From Thermoanaerobaculia bacterium (GTDB lineage Bacteria; Acidobacteriota; Thermoanaerobaculia; Multivoradales; Multivoraceae), in the NCBI GenBank assembly GCA_963664405.1, contig OY761158.1, positions 2,016,001 through 2,080,000 on the forward strand: 64,000 nucleotides of DNA, in the 5' to 3' direction. Below, in pieces: positions 46,899 through 56,912 of the stretch. The notes beneath the pieces are model-generated. The model ran no database searches, was not told the origin of the DNA, and worked only from the letters and a program-made list of their open reading frames with translations. A program made the translations under genes and the position numbers. Every line of letters begins with the position of its first letter. Position 1 is the first letter of the stretch.

Positions 46899-48464
46899 AT
46901 GAGCTCGTGTCTACGGCCGATCACCTTCCTCTTGTTGGGCTTGCTGCTCTCGCCGGCAGCTCCAGCGGCCCCGGACGCAGAGCTGGCGGCAGCCGCCGAA
47001 GCGGCGGCCGGACAGAAAGTCCGGAGACTGCTCGAGCACAATGTCGACGTGAACGCCGCTCAGATCGACGGCATGACGGCGCTTCACTGGGCGGCGTATC
47101 ACGACGACCAGGGGCTGGTGGAGGCGTTGGTGAGTGCCGGCGCTGATGTGAGCGCCGCGAACCGCTACGGCGTAACACCGCTGTCGCTCGCCTGCACCAA
47201 CGGCAACGGAGCCATCGTCGAACGCCTCCTTGACGCCGGCGCCGACTCCAACGCCACCCTGCCAGGAGGGGAGAGCGCTTTGATGACCGCCTCGCGCACC
47301 GGCAGGGTCAGGGCCGTTGAAGCGCTGCTGGAGGGCGGCGCCGACGTTCACGCCAAAGACAGCCAGCGCGGCCAGACGGCACTGATGTGGGCAGCGGCCG
47401 AGGGGAACGTGGAGGTCCTGAGACTGCTCATCGAGGTAGGAGCGGACTTCCGAGCGCCGCTCGACTCCGGGTTCACCCCTCTCCTCTTCGCCGCCAGAGA
47501 AGGAAAAATCGAAGTCGTACGCGAACTGGTGAAAATGGGCGTCGACGTCAACGAGGCCACACCGCTCGAAGCGACGAAACGAGAACGCCCCCTGCCAGGA
47601 GGGCGCACCGTCCGGCCCGGCGCCAACCCACTATTGATAGCGGTCACCAACGCCCACTACGACGTCGCGGCGCTGCTCCTAGACGCCGGGGCCGACCCCA
47701 ATGCCGGACCGGGATACACCGCGCTGCACGCGCTCCCGAGGGTCCGCAAAACCGGGGGGGGAGACAATAATCCGTCTCCCGACGGGTCCGGTGCGATGAC
47801 GGATCTCGACTTCGTCAGGGACATGGTGGCCCATGGCGCCGATCTCGACGCTCGGATGACAGAGAGGCCGAGTCTGGCCAACAACAGCTTCAACGAGCTC
47901 GGGGCGACCCCCTTCATGACCGCCGCAATAGTCGCGGACGCCGAGTTGATGAGGACGCTGGCAGAGCTGGGAGCGGATCCCTCCCGGCGCAACGAAGAGA
48001 ACAGCACAGCGCTGATGGCGGCGGCCGGACTGGGGACGCGATCACCCGGCGAGGACGCCGGCACCGAAGAAGAGGTGGTGGAGGCCATACAGGTGGCGCT
48101 GGACCTCGGTGCCGACACGAACGCGGTCAACGACGATGGCGAGACCGCGATGCACGGTGCCGCGTACAAGAACCTGCCGAAGGCGGTCGAGCTTCTCGCT
48201 GCCAACGGCGCTGATATCGAAATCTGGAACCGGCACAACAAATACGGTTGGACCCCGCTGTCGATCGCCCGCGGCTACCGGAGAGGAAACTTCAAGCCGT
48301 CGCCGGTGACCGTTGCGGCGGTGGAGAAAGTGATGCTCGCCGCCGGTGTGAGGCCACCGACGGAGGAAGAGGAAGGGGCCAAGGGCTTCGACATCTACGC
48401 CAAGCCCTACGGAACAGAAGCGACCAAGCCGGCGCCGGGGACTGACGGCAAACCCCTTCGCTGA
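46899..48464 (+). CDS. Secreted ankyrin-repeat protein
   Basis: Repeated G-TALH/TPL...A..GAD.N units after a signal peptide. Confidence 0.92.
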   Translation: MSSCLRPITFLLLGLLLSPAAPAAPDAELAAAAEAAAGQKVRRLLEHNVDVNAAQIDGMTALHWAAYHDDQGLVEALVSAGADVSAANRYGVTPLSLACTNGNGAIVERLLDAGADSNATLPGGESALMTASRTGRVRAVEALLEGGADVHAKDSQRGQTALMWAAAEGNVEVLRLLIEVGADFRAPLDSGFTPLLFAAREGKIEVVRELVKMGVDVNEATPLEATKRERPLPGGRTVRPGANPLLIAVTNAHYDVAALLLDAGADPNAGPGYTALHALPRVRKTGGGDNNPSPDGSGAMTDLDFVRDMVAHGADLDARMTERPSLANNSFNELGATPFMTAAIVADAELMRTLAELGADPSRRNEENSTALMAAAGLGTRSPGEDAGTEEEVVEAIQVALDLGADTNAVNDDGETAMHGAAYKNLPKAVELLAANGADIEIWNRHNKYGWTPLSIARGYRRGNFKPSPVTVAAVEKVMLAAGVRPPTEEEEGAKGFDIYAKPYGTEATKPAPGTDGKPLR

Positions 48465-48483
48465 CGCGCAACGCGCCTCTCCG

Positions 48484-49515
48484 TCACCGCGACTGCACCA
48501 TCGCCCACGCCTTGGCGGCGTTACGCCGAATCCCTGGTTTGTGCGCCAGGTACTGCTCCGAGGACGCATTGCCGTCGAGACCCCGTTTGACGACGCCCTG
48601 AACGATGGCCGCCAGCCGGAAGAAGGTATAGGCCATATAGAAGGTCCAGTCGTCGACCGGTGGACGCCCCGAAACCTCGAAGTAGCGCCCCAGTAGGTCG
48701 CGCTGGGTGGGGATGCCCGATCGCACCAGCTCGTCTTCGCCGAGGTCGCCGTAATACATCAGGCGGCAGTAGGCGAGGTCGCCGTTGGGATGCCCGAGCG
48801 TCGAGAGCTCCCAATCCAAGACCGCGGCTACGCGTGGCTCGGTGGCGTGCACGATGCAGTTGCGGATCGAGTAATCACCATGGACGATGGTAGTCAGATC
48901 ATCATCCGGGATGTTGGCGGGGAGCCAGTCCATCAGACTGTCCATCTCGGGGATGTCCTCGGTCATCGAAGCTCGATATTGCTTCGACCACCGACTTATC
49001 TGGCGAGCGAAGTAGTTCCCCGGTCGGCCGTAGCCCTCACCGAGGCCGACACCCTCGTAGTCGACGCGATGGAGGCGCGCCAGGACCTCGACGAAGTCGT
49101 AGTAGAGCGCGCCGCGGTCCTGCGGCGAGAGGTTGGGCAGGAGGGTGTCTTCGATGACCCGACCCGGGACCATCTCCATCACGAAGAACTCGGTTCCGAT
49201 CACCGAACGGTCTTCGCAGCTGACCAGCATCTCAGGCACGGGTACGTCGGTTTCCGCCAGTGCCTTCATCACCCGATGCTCGCGATCGACCTGGTGAGCG
49301 GAGGGCAGCAGCTCACCTGGCGGCTTCTTGCGCATCACCATCCGTCGGTCGGCGGTCTCGATCAGGAACGTGGGATTGGATTGCCCTCCTTCGAACTGCC
49401 GCACCTCGATCGGTGGGCGGAAACCTGGGAGGTGCCCGTGTAGATAGGCTTCGAGTGCGGCCTCGTCAAACTGATGCGGGCCGCGAACGTCGGTGATCTG
49501 TGCTTCGTCGGACAT
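48484..49515 (-). CDS. Phosphotransferase family protein (ACAD10/11 N-terminal APH-like)
   Basis: QFEGGQSNPT, RKKPPG.LLPSAH, VHGDY, VLDWELSTLGHP; ATG 49515. Confidence 0.92.
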   Translation of the reverse strand: MSDEAQITDVRGPHQFDEAALEAYLHGHLPGFRPPIEVRQFEGGQSNPTFLIETADRRMVMRKKPPGELLPSAHQVDREHRVMKALAETDVPVPEMLVSCEDRSVIGTEFFVMEMVPGRVIEDTLLPNLSPQDRGALYYDFVEVLARLHRVDYEGVGLGEGYGRPGNYFARQISRWSKQYRASMTEDIPEMDSLMDWLPANIPDDDLTTIVHGDYSIRNCIVHATEPRVAAVLDWELSTLGHPNGDLAYCRLMYYGDLGEDELVRSGIPTQRDLLGRYFEVSGRPPVDDWTFYMAYTFFRLAAIVQGVVKRGLDGNASSEQYLAHKPGIRRNAAKAWAMVQSR

Positions 49516-49522
49516 GGTGTTG

Positions 49523-50416
49523 CTAACTCGCAGCCGCAGACTCCGCTTCGAGCTCACGGGCTTCCCGGGCTCGTACCTTCTTCTCGGCACGGTCCACGGC
49601 GTAGAGATAGCCCAGCCCGGTGAGCAGCGCAAAGGAAGCGGCGATGAAAAAGAAGACCGCGTAGCCGAATTGTGCCGCGACGAATCCCGACAGCGCCAGG
49701 CAGGATGAGCCGCGATTCTTCGCGTTTGATGGTCTCGATGAAGTTCGGCCGCTCGCCACGCTCCCGACGTTTCAAGGCCGCGGGCGGAGGAGGCGGCTCG
49801 CGACGCAGAGTCGCGGGGGTGGCCGCCACGATGAGCAGAAGAGCTGCAAAGATCGAGGTCTTTCGCCATCCCCAGGTGTCGATCAGGGCGACGCAGCTCT
49901 GGCCCAGAACTCCGCCGAGGAAGGCCAGAAATACGATTACGGAAGTGCCGACCGTGCGATCGTGATCGCCGAGGCTCTCGGCGGCATAGGCGTCGACGGC
50001 GATGTCCTGCGCCCCCATCACGAAGCCCTTGACGAAGAGGATCCCGACGACCACATACACGGTCGCGACGCTGGGCTCGAAGAACCCGACTGCGAGATAG
50101 AGACTTGCGCCGAGCAGGGTGGTAGGAACGATCCAGGACTTGCGAACACCGAATCGGACACTGCCGTAGTTGTCGACCAGGAGGGCCATCGCCCACTTGA
50201 GCCAGCGCGGGAAGAAAGGCAGCGACAGCAGCCAGAACTGTTCGAGAGGCAGTCCTTGCTGGCGAAAAACAGCGGGGAGGGCTACGGCTGTGAAGGAGCC
50301 AGGGAAGTACTGGCCCATATGGAGCGAGCCGAGCGACAGGAGCTTCGCCCAGTCGATGCCTGACGCTTTCTTCTTAGGCTCCAGGTCGTCAGTCCTCTCT
50401 CGAAACGGACGCTCAC
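49523..50416 (-). pseudogene. AmpG-like MFS transporter with internal deletion and frameshift
   Basis: KWAMALLVD, RKSWIVP, AQDIAVDAYA N-half joined out of frame (~49700) to the last helix segment SGFVAAQFGYAVFF; no in-frame ATG/GTG before TM1. Confidence 0.75.
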
Positions 50417-50499
50417 CTTATCCGCGCTCCCCCGCCGCCGACAAGTCGTACGCGCTGCGACGCCAGACGCGTTAGGCTCACCCACCGGAACGAAAGGAG

Positions 50500-51216
50500 A
50501 TGACAAGGATGCAGCTCGATCAAAAAGTCGCAGTGGTCACCGGTGCGGGTCGTGGCATTGGCAAGGCAATCGCAGTCGCCTTCGCCCGCGAGGGCGCGCG
50601 GGTGGTGTGCTCGGCTCGTAGCTTGGAGGAGATCAACGACGTAGCGGACCAAGTGGGAGGTCGCGCAATCCAATGTGACGTGGGTCGAGAAGATGAGATT
50701 CGCGGTCTGATCGACCAGACTCTGGAGGAGCTAGGACGCATCGACATTCTGGTCAACAACGCCGGCGCGGTTGCACGGCAGCCGGTCCATGAGCTGCCAA
50801 TCGAGGACTGGGACAACGTCATCAACGTAAATCTCCGCGGCGTCTTTCTCTGCACCAAACTGGCCCTGCCATCGATGCTGGAGCGCGGAAGCGGCTGCAT
50901 CATCAATATTTCCTCCGGCGCAGGGGTGGTCGGTCCGCCCAATCGATCGGCCTATGCGGCCTCTAAGCACGGCGTCATGGGCTTTACCAAGACCTTGGTC
51001 GCTGAGTATCTGAAGCAGGGCATCCGATCGCACGTCATTCTTCCGGATGCAACGGTATCCAGGATGCGCAGCGAGGGGTTCCCGGAGGAGGACCCTGATA
51101 CGTTGATTCAAGCCGAGGACATCGCCGACGCGGCGGTCTTTCTGGCCACTCAGAAGCGCACGGCACACACGATGGAACTGAGGGTCAGCCAAGGGCTGGC
51201 GACGAAAGCGCGGTAG
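50500..51216 (+). CDS. SDR family oxidoreductase
   Basis: TGAGRGIG, NNAG, YAASK. Confidence 0.93.
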   Translation: MTRMQLDQKVAVVTGAGRGIGKAIAVAFAREGARVVCSARSLEEINDVADQVGGRAIQCDVGREDEIRGLIDQTLEELGRIDILVNNAGAVARQPVHELPIEDWDNVINVNLRGVFLCTKLALPSMLERGSGCIINISSGAGVVGPPNRSAYAASKHGVMGFTKTLVAEYLKQGIRSHVILPDATVSRMRSEGFPEEDPDTLIQAEDIADAAVFLATQKRTAHTMELRVSQGLATKAR

Positions 51217-51226
51217 AGGAGACTCC

Positions 51227-52033
51227 ATGACCTTCGAGAACTTGATTCTGGACAAACGAGATGGTGTCGCCACCATCACCCTCGACCGGCCGGAGGCCAT
51301 GAACGCACTCAGCACCCAGCTGGGGCGCGAGCTCCAAGACGCGATTGTCGACGTCGAGAATGACCCCGACGCAAGAGTGCTGGTCCTCACCGGGGCGGGG
51401 CGGGCTTTCTGTGCGGGTGAGGACGTCAAGGAGCGCCCCGCCGACTCCGCCGAGATGAAGGCGAGCCAGACCGCTCTCGGCAAGATCAGTCGTGGGCCGA
51501 AGAGCCACCGCTGGTTCGCCGAGACTTTTCGCGGCATGAGCAAGCCGACCATCGCTTCCCTCAACGGCTTCGCGGTCGGGCAGGGCCTGAGCATCGCCCT
51601 CGCCTGCGACATGCGGATCGCTTCGGCCGAGGCCAAGCTCGGCGCCATCTGGACCCTGCGCGGTATTCCTCCGGAGTCGGCCGGGGCCTACCTGCTGACC
51701 CAGTTGGTGGGTCCGGCCGTCGCCTGTGAGCTGATCTTCACCGGCCGCATCGTCGACGCCGGTGAAGCCAAGGAGCTCGGCATGGTCAACCGCGTTGTTC
51801 CGGGAGATGAGCTCGAAGCGGCAACCCGTGAGCTGGCGACAACGATGGCGCAGGGGGCGCCGGTAGCCATCGCGGTCTCGAAGATGATGATCTATCAGGC
51901 TCTCGAGAGCAGCCTCGAAATGCACGGCCGGCTCGACTCTCTCGGACAGGCATACTGCTTCAACACCGAGGACCGCGAGGAAGGGATCCGCTCCTTCCTC
52001 GAGAAGAGGCCGGCTCGTTTCACAGGCAGGTAG
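51227..52033 (+). CDS. Enoyl-CoA hydratase/isomerase family protein
   Basis: LDRPEAMNAL, AFCAGED, GFAVGQG, EGIRSFLEKR. Confidence 0.93.
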   Translation: MTFENLILDKRDGVATITLDRPEAMNALSTQLGRELQDAIVDVENDPDARVLVLTGAGRAFCAGEDVKERPADSAEMKASQTALGKISRGPKSHRWFAETFRGMSKPTIASLNGFAVGQGLSIALACDMRIASAEAKLGAIWTLRGIPPESAGAYLLTQLVGPAVACELIFTGRIVDAGEAKELGMVNRVVPGDELEAATRELATTMAQGAPVAIAVSKMMIYQALESSLEMHGRLDSLGQAYCFNTEDREEGIRSFLEKRPARFTGR

Positions 52034-52199
52034 CGCGGCCTGAGGGTCTGCGAAGAGCTGTCGCAACGATCTGGACTGCACGCATTTGCAGGCTCGTCTG
52101 AGGGCGAGTCGCTGAAGGATCAGTTCCGGCTCTGAGTCGCTATCGGTTAGTGTTCATCGGCGCGCGCCTCGCATACGCGGCGCCGCCGGGAGGTCTCAG

Positions 52200-53435
52200 A
52201 TGAGCACCAAGCTGACACGTCGCCACCTTCTCGCCACTGTCGGCGCAGGAGCTCTCGCCTTCGGCCGGCGCTCGGCTGTGCGGGCCAAAGCCTCACCCAG
52301 CGAGACCATCGGCATTGGAGTCCTCGGCAGCGGAAGCCGAGCTCTCTGGCTGCAAAAGTCGATCGTGGACGCGGGAGGGGCTCGGATCGTCGCGGTATGT
52401 GACGTCTACAAAACCCAACTCGCGAGGGCCCTCGAGGCCGCCGGGCCCGATGCCTTGGCGACTCCCGACTATGAGGAGGTCCTGGCTCGCGACGACATTG
52501 ACGCGGTCATTATCGGCACCCCGGACCACTGGCACGTTCCGATGACGGTAGCCGCTCTCGCCGCCGGCAAGGACGTCTTCGTCGAAAAGCCACTCACCCA
52601 CTCTCTCGAGGAGGGCGAGACGATTCTCGCCGCGGCGATCGCGTCAGACCGCATCGTGCAGGTCGGAACCCAGCAGCGCTCGATGCCGCAGTTCAAACGC
52701 GCCAAGGAAATCATCGACGCCGGCACTCTCGGACGCATTCGCCGAGTTCGGATGACGTGGAATCGCAACGGTATACCCGCGAAGGGAAGGGGATCGTTCG
52801 CCGACCGACCGAAGATCGCACCGGAGGACGTCGACTGGCAGCGCTTCTTGGGCAGCGCCCCGCCGCAGCCCTTCGACCCCTACCGCCTGCGCCAATGGCG
52901 AATGTTCTGGGACTTCGGCGCCGGCCTGCTTGGAGACCTGATGGTTCATTGGCTCGACGCCGTGGTCTGGCTGGTGGGTATTGGCGAGCTCCCCGCCGAG
53001 ACCACTGCCATTGGCGACAGCTTCTTGGCTGAAGGGCTGTGGGAGGCGCCGGACACCATTGCGGCGACGTTTCGGTACCCCAGCCGGGGTATCCACGCCA
53101 TCTTCGAGGCCACTCTCGTCAACCAGCACGATCGCGCCGGGCTCACGATCATGGGAGAGCATGCAACGATCTATCTCGACCGCGGCAGAGTCGAGCTCCA
53201 TCCGCAACCCGGGCGCGACATCGAGCCCGAAGAGTGGTTGATCGACGATCGGGAGCGTGGCTCGGATGCCTACCTGCAACCTGAGGGAACGCTGCGCCAC
53301 CTCGAAAACTGGCTCGAGTGTATTCGCACCCGTTCTCAGCCCAATGCACCGGTCTCTGACGCAGTGTTAGCCGCCGGAGCTGCTCACCTCGGTAATATCG
53401 CCTACCGGGAGAAGCGAATCGTGGTTCGGAGCTGA
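52200..53435 (+). CDS. Tat-exported Gfo/Idh/MocA oxidoreductase
   Basis: TRRHLL leader, TPDHWH, GKDVFVEKP, QVGTQQRS. Confidence 0.92.
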   Translation: MSTKLTRRHLLATVGAGALAFGRRSAVRAKASPSETIGIGVLGSGSRALWLQKSIVDAGGARIVAVCDVYKTQLARALEAAGPDALATPDYEEVLARDDIDAVIIGTPDHWHVPMTVAALAAGKDVFVEKPLTHSLEEGETILAAAIASDRIVQVGTQQRSMPQFKRAKEIIDAGTLGRIRRVRMTWNRNGIPAKGRGSFADRPKIAPEDVDWQRFLGSAPPQPFDPYRLRQWRMFWDFGAGLLGDLMVHWLDAVVWLVGIGELPAETTAIGDSFLAEGLWEAPDTIAATFRYPSRGIHAIFEATLVNQHDRAGLTIMGEHATIYLDRGRVELHPQPGRDIEPEEWLIDDRERGSDAYLQPEGTLRHLENWLECIRTRSQPNAPVSDAVLAAGAAHLGNIAYREKRIVVRS

Positions 53436-53544
53436 GATCCGCCGGAGCCGCTCGCCTGCGGAGGGCCAAGAACGCAGATATCATCCCCAGACAGCTCCCT
53501 CAGAGAGATAACAGGCACAGCGGCCAGGCAACTAGAGGAAGACT

Positions 53545-54750
53545 ATGAATTTCGAATTCAGCGACAAAGTCCGCGATCTGCAGCAGCGGATCACCGACTT
53601 CATGGACGAGCAGGTCTACCCGCTCGAAGAGGACTATCCGAGGCATGTAGAGGAGGCGGGAGGCTGGACCACGCCACCGATCATGGACAGATTGAAGGAG
53701 AAGGCGCGGGAGCTAGGGCTCTGGAATCTTTTCATGCCCGATGACGAGCACGGCGCCGGTCTGAATAATCTCGAATACGCGCCATTGGCGGAGATCATGG
53801 GTCGGGTCGCTTGGGCGTCTGAGCCGTTCAACTGCAGCGCCCCGGATACGGGCAACATGGAGATCCTGGCCCGCTTCGGTACCGAGGAGCAGAAAGAGCA
53901 ATGGCTGAAGCCGCTCTTGAACGGCGAGATCCGTTCGTGCTTCTCGATGACCGAGCCGGCGGTTGCTTCGAGCGACGCCACCAATATCGAATGCAGCATC
54001 AAGCGCGATGGCGACGAGTACGTCATCAACGGACGCAAGTGGTTCTCGTCAGGCTTCTCCAACGAACGGTGCAAGGTCGGCATCGTCATGGGCAAGAGCG
54101 ATCCGGACAACGCCAACCGTTACGTGCAGCAATCGATGATTCTGGTGCCCAAAGGAACGCCGGGCATGACTCTGGTTCGCAACATCACTACTTTCGGCTA
54201 CAAGGGAATGCCCGGCGGGCATCCGGAGATCTTGTTCGAGAATGTCAGGGTCCCGGCTACCAACATGCTCCTGGGGGAAGGCCGAGGCTTCGAGATCGCC
54301 CAGGCGCGCCTGGGGCCGGGCCGCATCCACCACTGCATGCGCTTCGTCGGCTCGGCGCAGAGAGCCTTGGAGCTGATGTGTAGGCGGGCCGAGAGTCGCA
54401 GCGCCTTTGGCGTCAAGCTGTCAGAGCATGGATCGCTGCGCGAGGACATCGCCAAGTCCTTCTGCGAGATCGAGCAGGCTCGTCTGCTCACCCTCAGAGC
54501 CGCCGACAAGATGGACCGCGAAGGCAACAAAGCGTCGCGAGACCTCATCGGCGCCGCCAAGATCGTGGTGCCGGCGATGGCAGCCAGGGTCATCGATCGA
54601 GCGATTCAGGTGCATGGCGCCATGGGCTTCACCGAGGATACCTTCTTGCCAGCGGCCTATGCCCATGCGCGATACATTCGCGTCGGCGACGGCCCCGATC
54701 AGGTCCACATGTCGTCTCTCGCTCGGCAGTTGTTACGCAAATACGCCTGA
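53545..54750 (+). CDS. Acyl-CoA dehydrogenase
   Basis: [47 protein letters not shown]. Confidence 0.94.
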   Translation: MNFEFSDKVRDLQQRITDFMDEQVYPLEEDYPRHVEEAGGWTTPPIMDRLKEKARELGLWNLFMPDDEHGAGLNNLEYAPLAEIMGRVAWASEPFNCSAPDTGNMEILARFGTEEQKEQWLKPLLNGEIRSCFSMTEPAVASSDATNIECSIKRDGDEYVINGRKWFSSGFSNERCKVGIVMGKSDPDNANRYVQQSMILVPKGTPGMTLVRNITTFGYKGMPGGHPEILFENVRVPATNMLLGEGRGFEIAQARLGPGRIHHCMRFVGSAQRALELMCRRAESRSAFGVKLSEHGSLREDIAKSFCEIEQARLLTLRAADKMDREGNKASRDLIGAAKIVVPAMAARVIDRAIQVHGAMGFTEDTFLPAAYAHARYIRVGDGPDQVHMSSLARQLLRKYA

Positions 54751-54792
54751 GGATCAAGGGCGAGTCATCTGTTCTACGCCTGAAGAGTCGCC

Positions 54793-56010
54793 ATGTTCGA
54801 TCTGCTGAGGAGTCTTAAAGTCGTCGACTTGACGACCATCGTTCTCGGGCCTTACGCCACCCAGACCCTGGCCGACTTCGGGGCCGAGGTCATCAAGGTG
54901 GAGCCGCCGGGCGGCGACATTCTGCGAGCCGTTCGACCGGGCCGCCGCAAAGACCTGGGAGTCCAGTTCCAGAACTTCAATCGCAACAAGCGCTCCCTCA
55001 CGATCGACCTCAAGCAGGTGCGCGGGCGAGAGGTGTTGCATTCACTCGTCGAGAAGTCGGATGTGGTCGTGCACAACATGCGGAGCCGATCGGCCGCGTC
55101 GCTAGGCGCTTCTTACGCCGAGCTGTCCGCCTGCAATCCGAAGCTCGTTTACTGCTATTCGGCCGGCTATGGCGACAGTGGACCAGATCGTGACGCGCCG
55201 GCCTATGACGACATCATTCAGGCACGGTCGGGTCTCGCGACTTTGAACGCGGACGCCACCGGGGCGCCGCAATTCGTGCGCACCATCGTCGGCGACAAAG
55301 TCGTGGGGCTACACCTGGCCATTGCGGTGCTGGCCGGAGTCGTTCACTTCCAGCGGACAGGACAGGGGACCTGCATCGAGATACCGATGCTGGAGAGCAT
55401 GACCGCGTTCCTGCTGGCCGAGCATCTTGCCGGTCATAGCCTGATTCCGCCGGAGGGCGATCTCGGGTACAGCCGGCTCACCTCTCCCAGCCGTCGTCCG
55501 TATCCGACCAAGGATGGTTTCGTGGCGATCCTGCCCTACAGCACCCGGCACTGGACGCGTTTTTTTACGGCCAGCGGCCGAGCCGATCTCGCCAATGACC
55601 CGCGCGTGCTCGATCCCGAGAAACGGAGTGAGAACATCGATGATCTCTATAGCGAAGTCGCCAAGCTGGCGTTGGGGCGTACCACCTCGGAGTGGCTGGA
55701 GTTGATGGCGGAGCAGGACATTCCGTGCGCGCGCGTCAACGGCCTCGCGGATCTCTTTACCGACTCCCACCTGGAGGCAGTGCAGCTCTTCGAGCGAGTG
55801 AGCGACCCGGAGTTGGGTGAGATCCAACAAGTACGATCTCCCTATCAGGTCGATGGGGCCACCTACGGCGCGGGTTCCGCGAACACGGTCGCCCCCTGCC
55901 TCGGCGAGCACACCGACCAGGTTCTCGAGGAGCTCGGCTATTCGGAACAGGAGATTTCAGATCTTCACGCCGAGAGCGTGGTGACGTCGGCAGCCAAGCG
56001 AGATTCCTAG
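54793..56010 (+). CDS. Family III CoA-transferase (CaiB/BaiF)
   Basis: GPYATQTLADFGAEVIKVE, NRNKRS, AYDDIIQA, LGEHT. Confidence 0.94.
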   Translation: MFDLLRSLKVVDLTTIVLGPYATQTLADFGAEVIKVEPPGGDILRAVRPGRRKDLGVQFQNFNRNKRSLTIDLKQVRGREVLHSLVEKSDVVVHNMRSRSAASLGASYAELSACNPKLVYCYSAGYGDSGPDRDAPAYDDIIQARSGLATLNADATGAPQFVRTIVGDKVVGLHLAIAVLAGVVHFQRTGQGTCIEIPMLESMTAFLLAEHLAGHSLIPPEGDLGYSRLTSPSRRPYPTKDGFVAILPYSTRHWTRFFTASGRADLANDPRVLDPEKRSENIDDLYSEVAKLALGRTTSEWLELMAEQDIPCARVNGLADLFTDSHLEAVQLFERVSDPELGEIQQVRSPYQVDGATYGAGSANTVAPCLGEHTDQVLEELGYSEQEISDLHAESVVTSAAKRDS

Positions 56011-56172
56011 CGTGGTGTCTCCGACATGGCTTGCCAAGAGCTCGAGGTCATTCTGTTCGCTGTCAAGGAGCGACGAGGCAGGCATATTGGGAATATGTCG
56101 ACGAGTCGCGACGACGGCAGCGGGCAAAAGGGGCCGAGATATTCGTAAGCCATGTCGGAAACACGGCACTAA
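56007..56172. repeat. MITE/REP-like palindromic element, family A copy 2
   Basis: TA-flanked G56010..C56169 = 160 bp; arms include TCCGACATGGCTT / AAGCCATGTCGGA; core homologous to 4177-4280 (inverted); starts on the CoA-transferase TAG. Confidence 0.88.
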
Positions 56173-56195
56173 CAACTACTTCGAGGAACGATCCG

Positions 56196-56849
56196 ATGAG
56201 TGACGACCCCGCCTTGTTCGAGATGATGCACAGCATGCGCGCGATGCGCCGTTTGAAGCCGGATCCCGTTCCGGACGAGCTCTTGAGGGAAGTGCTCGAT
56301 GCGGCGATTCGGGCGCCGAGCGGGCAAAACACCCAGCCCTGGGCGTTCGTCGTGCTGCGTGAGGAGGCCAACCGGCGGTTCTTCGGCGATCGCTACAAGC
56401 ATTGGATCCACACTCTGATGGGCGATCGTGTACCCGAGGAGAGCGATGATTCTCCGGCGGCGCGCTCGAGGCGCGCGGCGGTCCATCTCGCCGACCACAT
56501 GAGTGAGGCGCCGGTCATCGTGCTCGCCTGTGGAAAGCGCGACTGGCCTTTTGCCGTGCCGAGCGAGAAGCGGGTCGGCAAGGCGCCACCGTCCTACGGA
56601 TCGATCTATCCGGCGGTGGAGAATCTCTTACTTGCTTGCCGGGCGCGCGGGCTGGGCGCCAGCCTCACCACCACCCACCAGATGTTCGAGGGCGAGCTGA
56701 CCGAGCACCTCGGCATTCCGGATACCTACGGTGTCGTCGCGGCCATCCCGATCGGTTATCCGACCGGCCGCTTCGGGCCGGTCCGTCGTCGCCCGGTGGG
56801 GACTGTGTCTCACTTCGACCGCTGGGGTGACCAGAACCCGGATTGGTGA
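56196..56849 (+). CDS. Nitroreductase family protein
   Basis: RAMRRLKPDPVP, APSGQNTQPW, SIYPAVENLLLACRARGLG, IPIGYP; ATG 56196. Confidence 0.92.
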   Translation: MSDDPALFEMMHSMRAMRRLKPDPVPDELLREVLDAAIRAPSGQNTQPWAFVVLREEANRRFFGDRYKHWIHTLMGDRVPEESDDSPAARSRRAAVHLADHMSEAPVIVLACGKRDWPFAVPSEKRVGKAPPSYGSIYPAVENLLLACRARGLGASLTTTHQMFEGELTEHLGIPDTYGVVAAIPIGYPTGRFGPVRRRPVGTVSHFDRWGDQNPDW

Positions 56850-56912
56850 GGCGTTGCCGCTTCGGCTCACCGCTCTTCATGAGCTGGAAATAGCGTGATC
56901 GGAGGACTTCCA

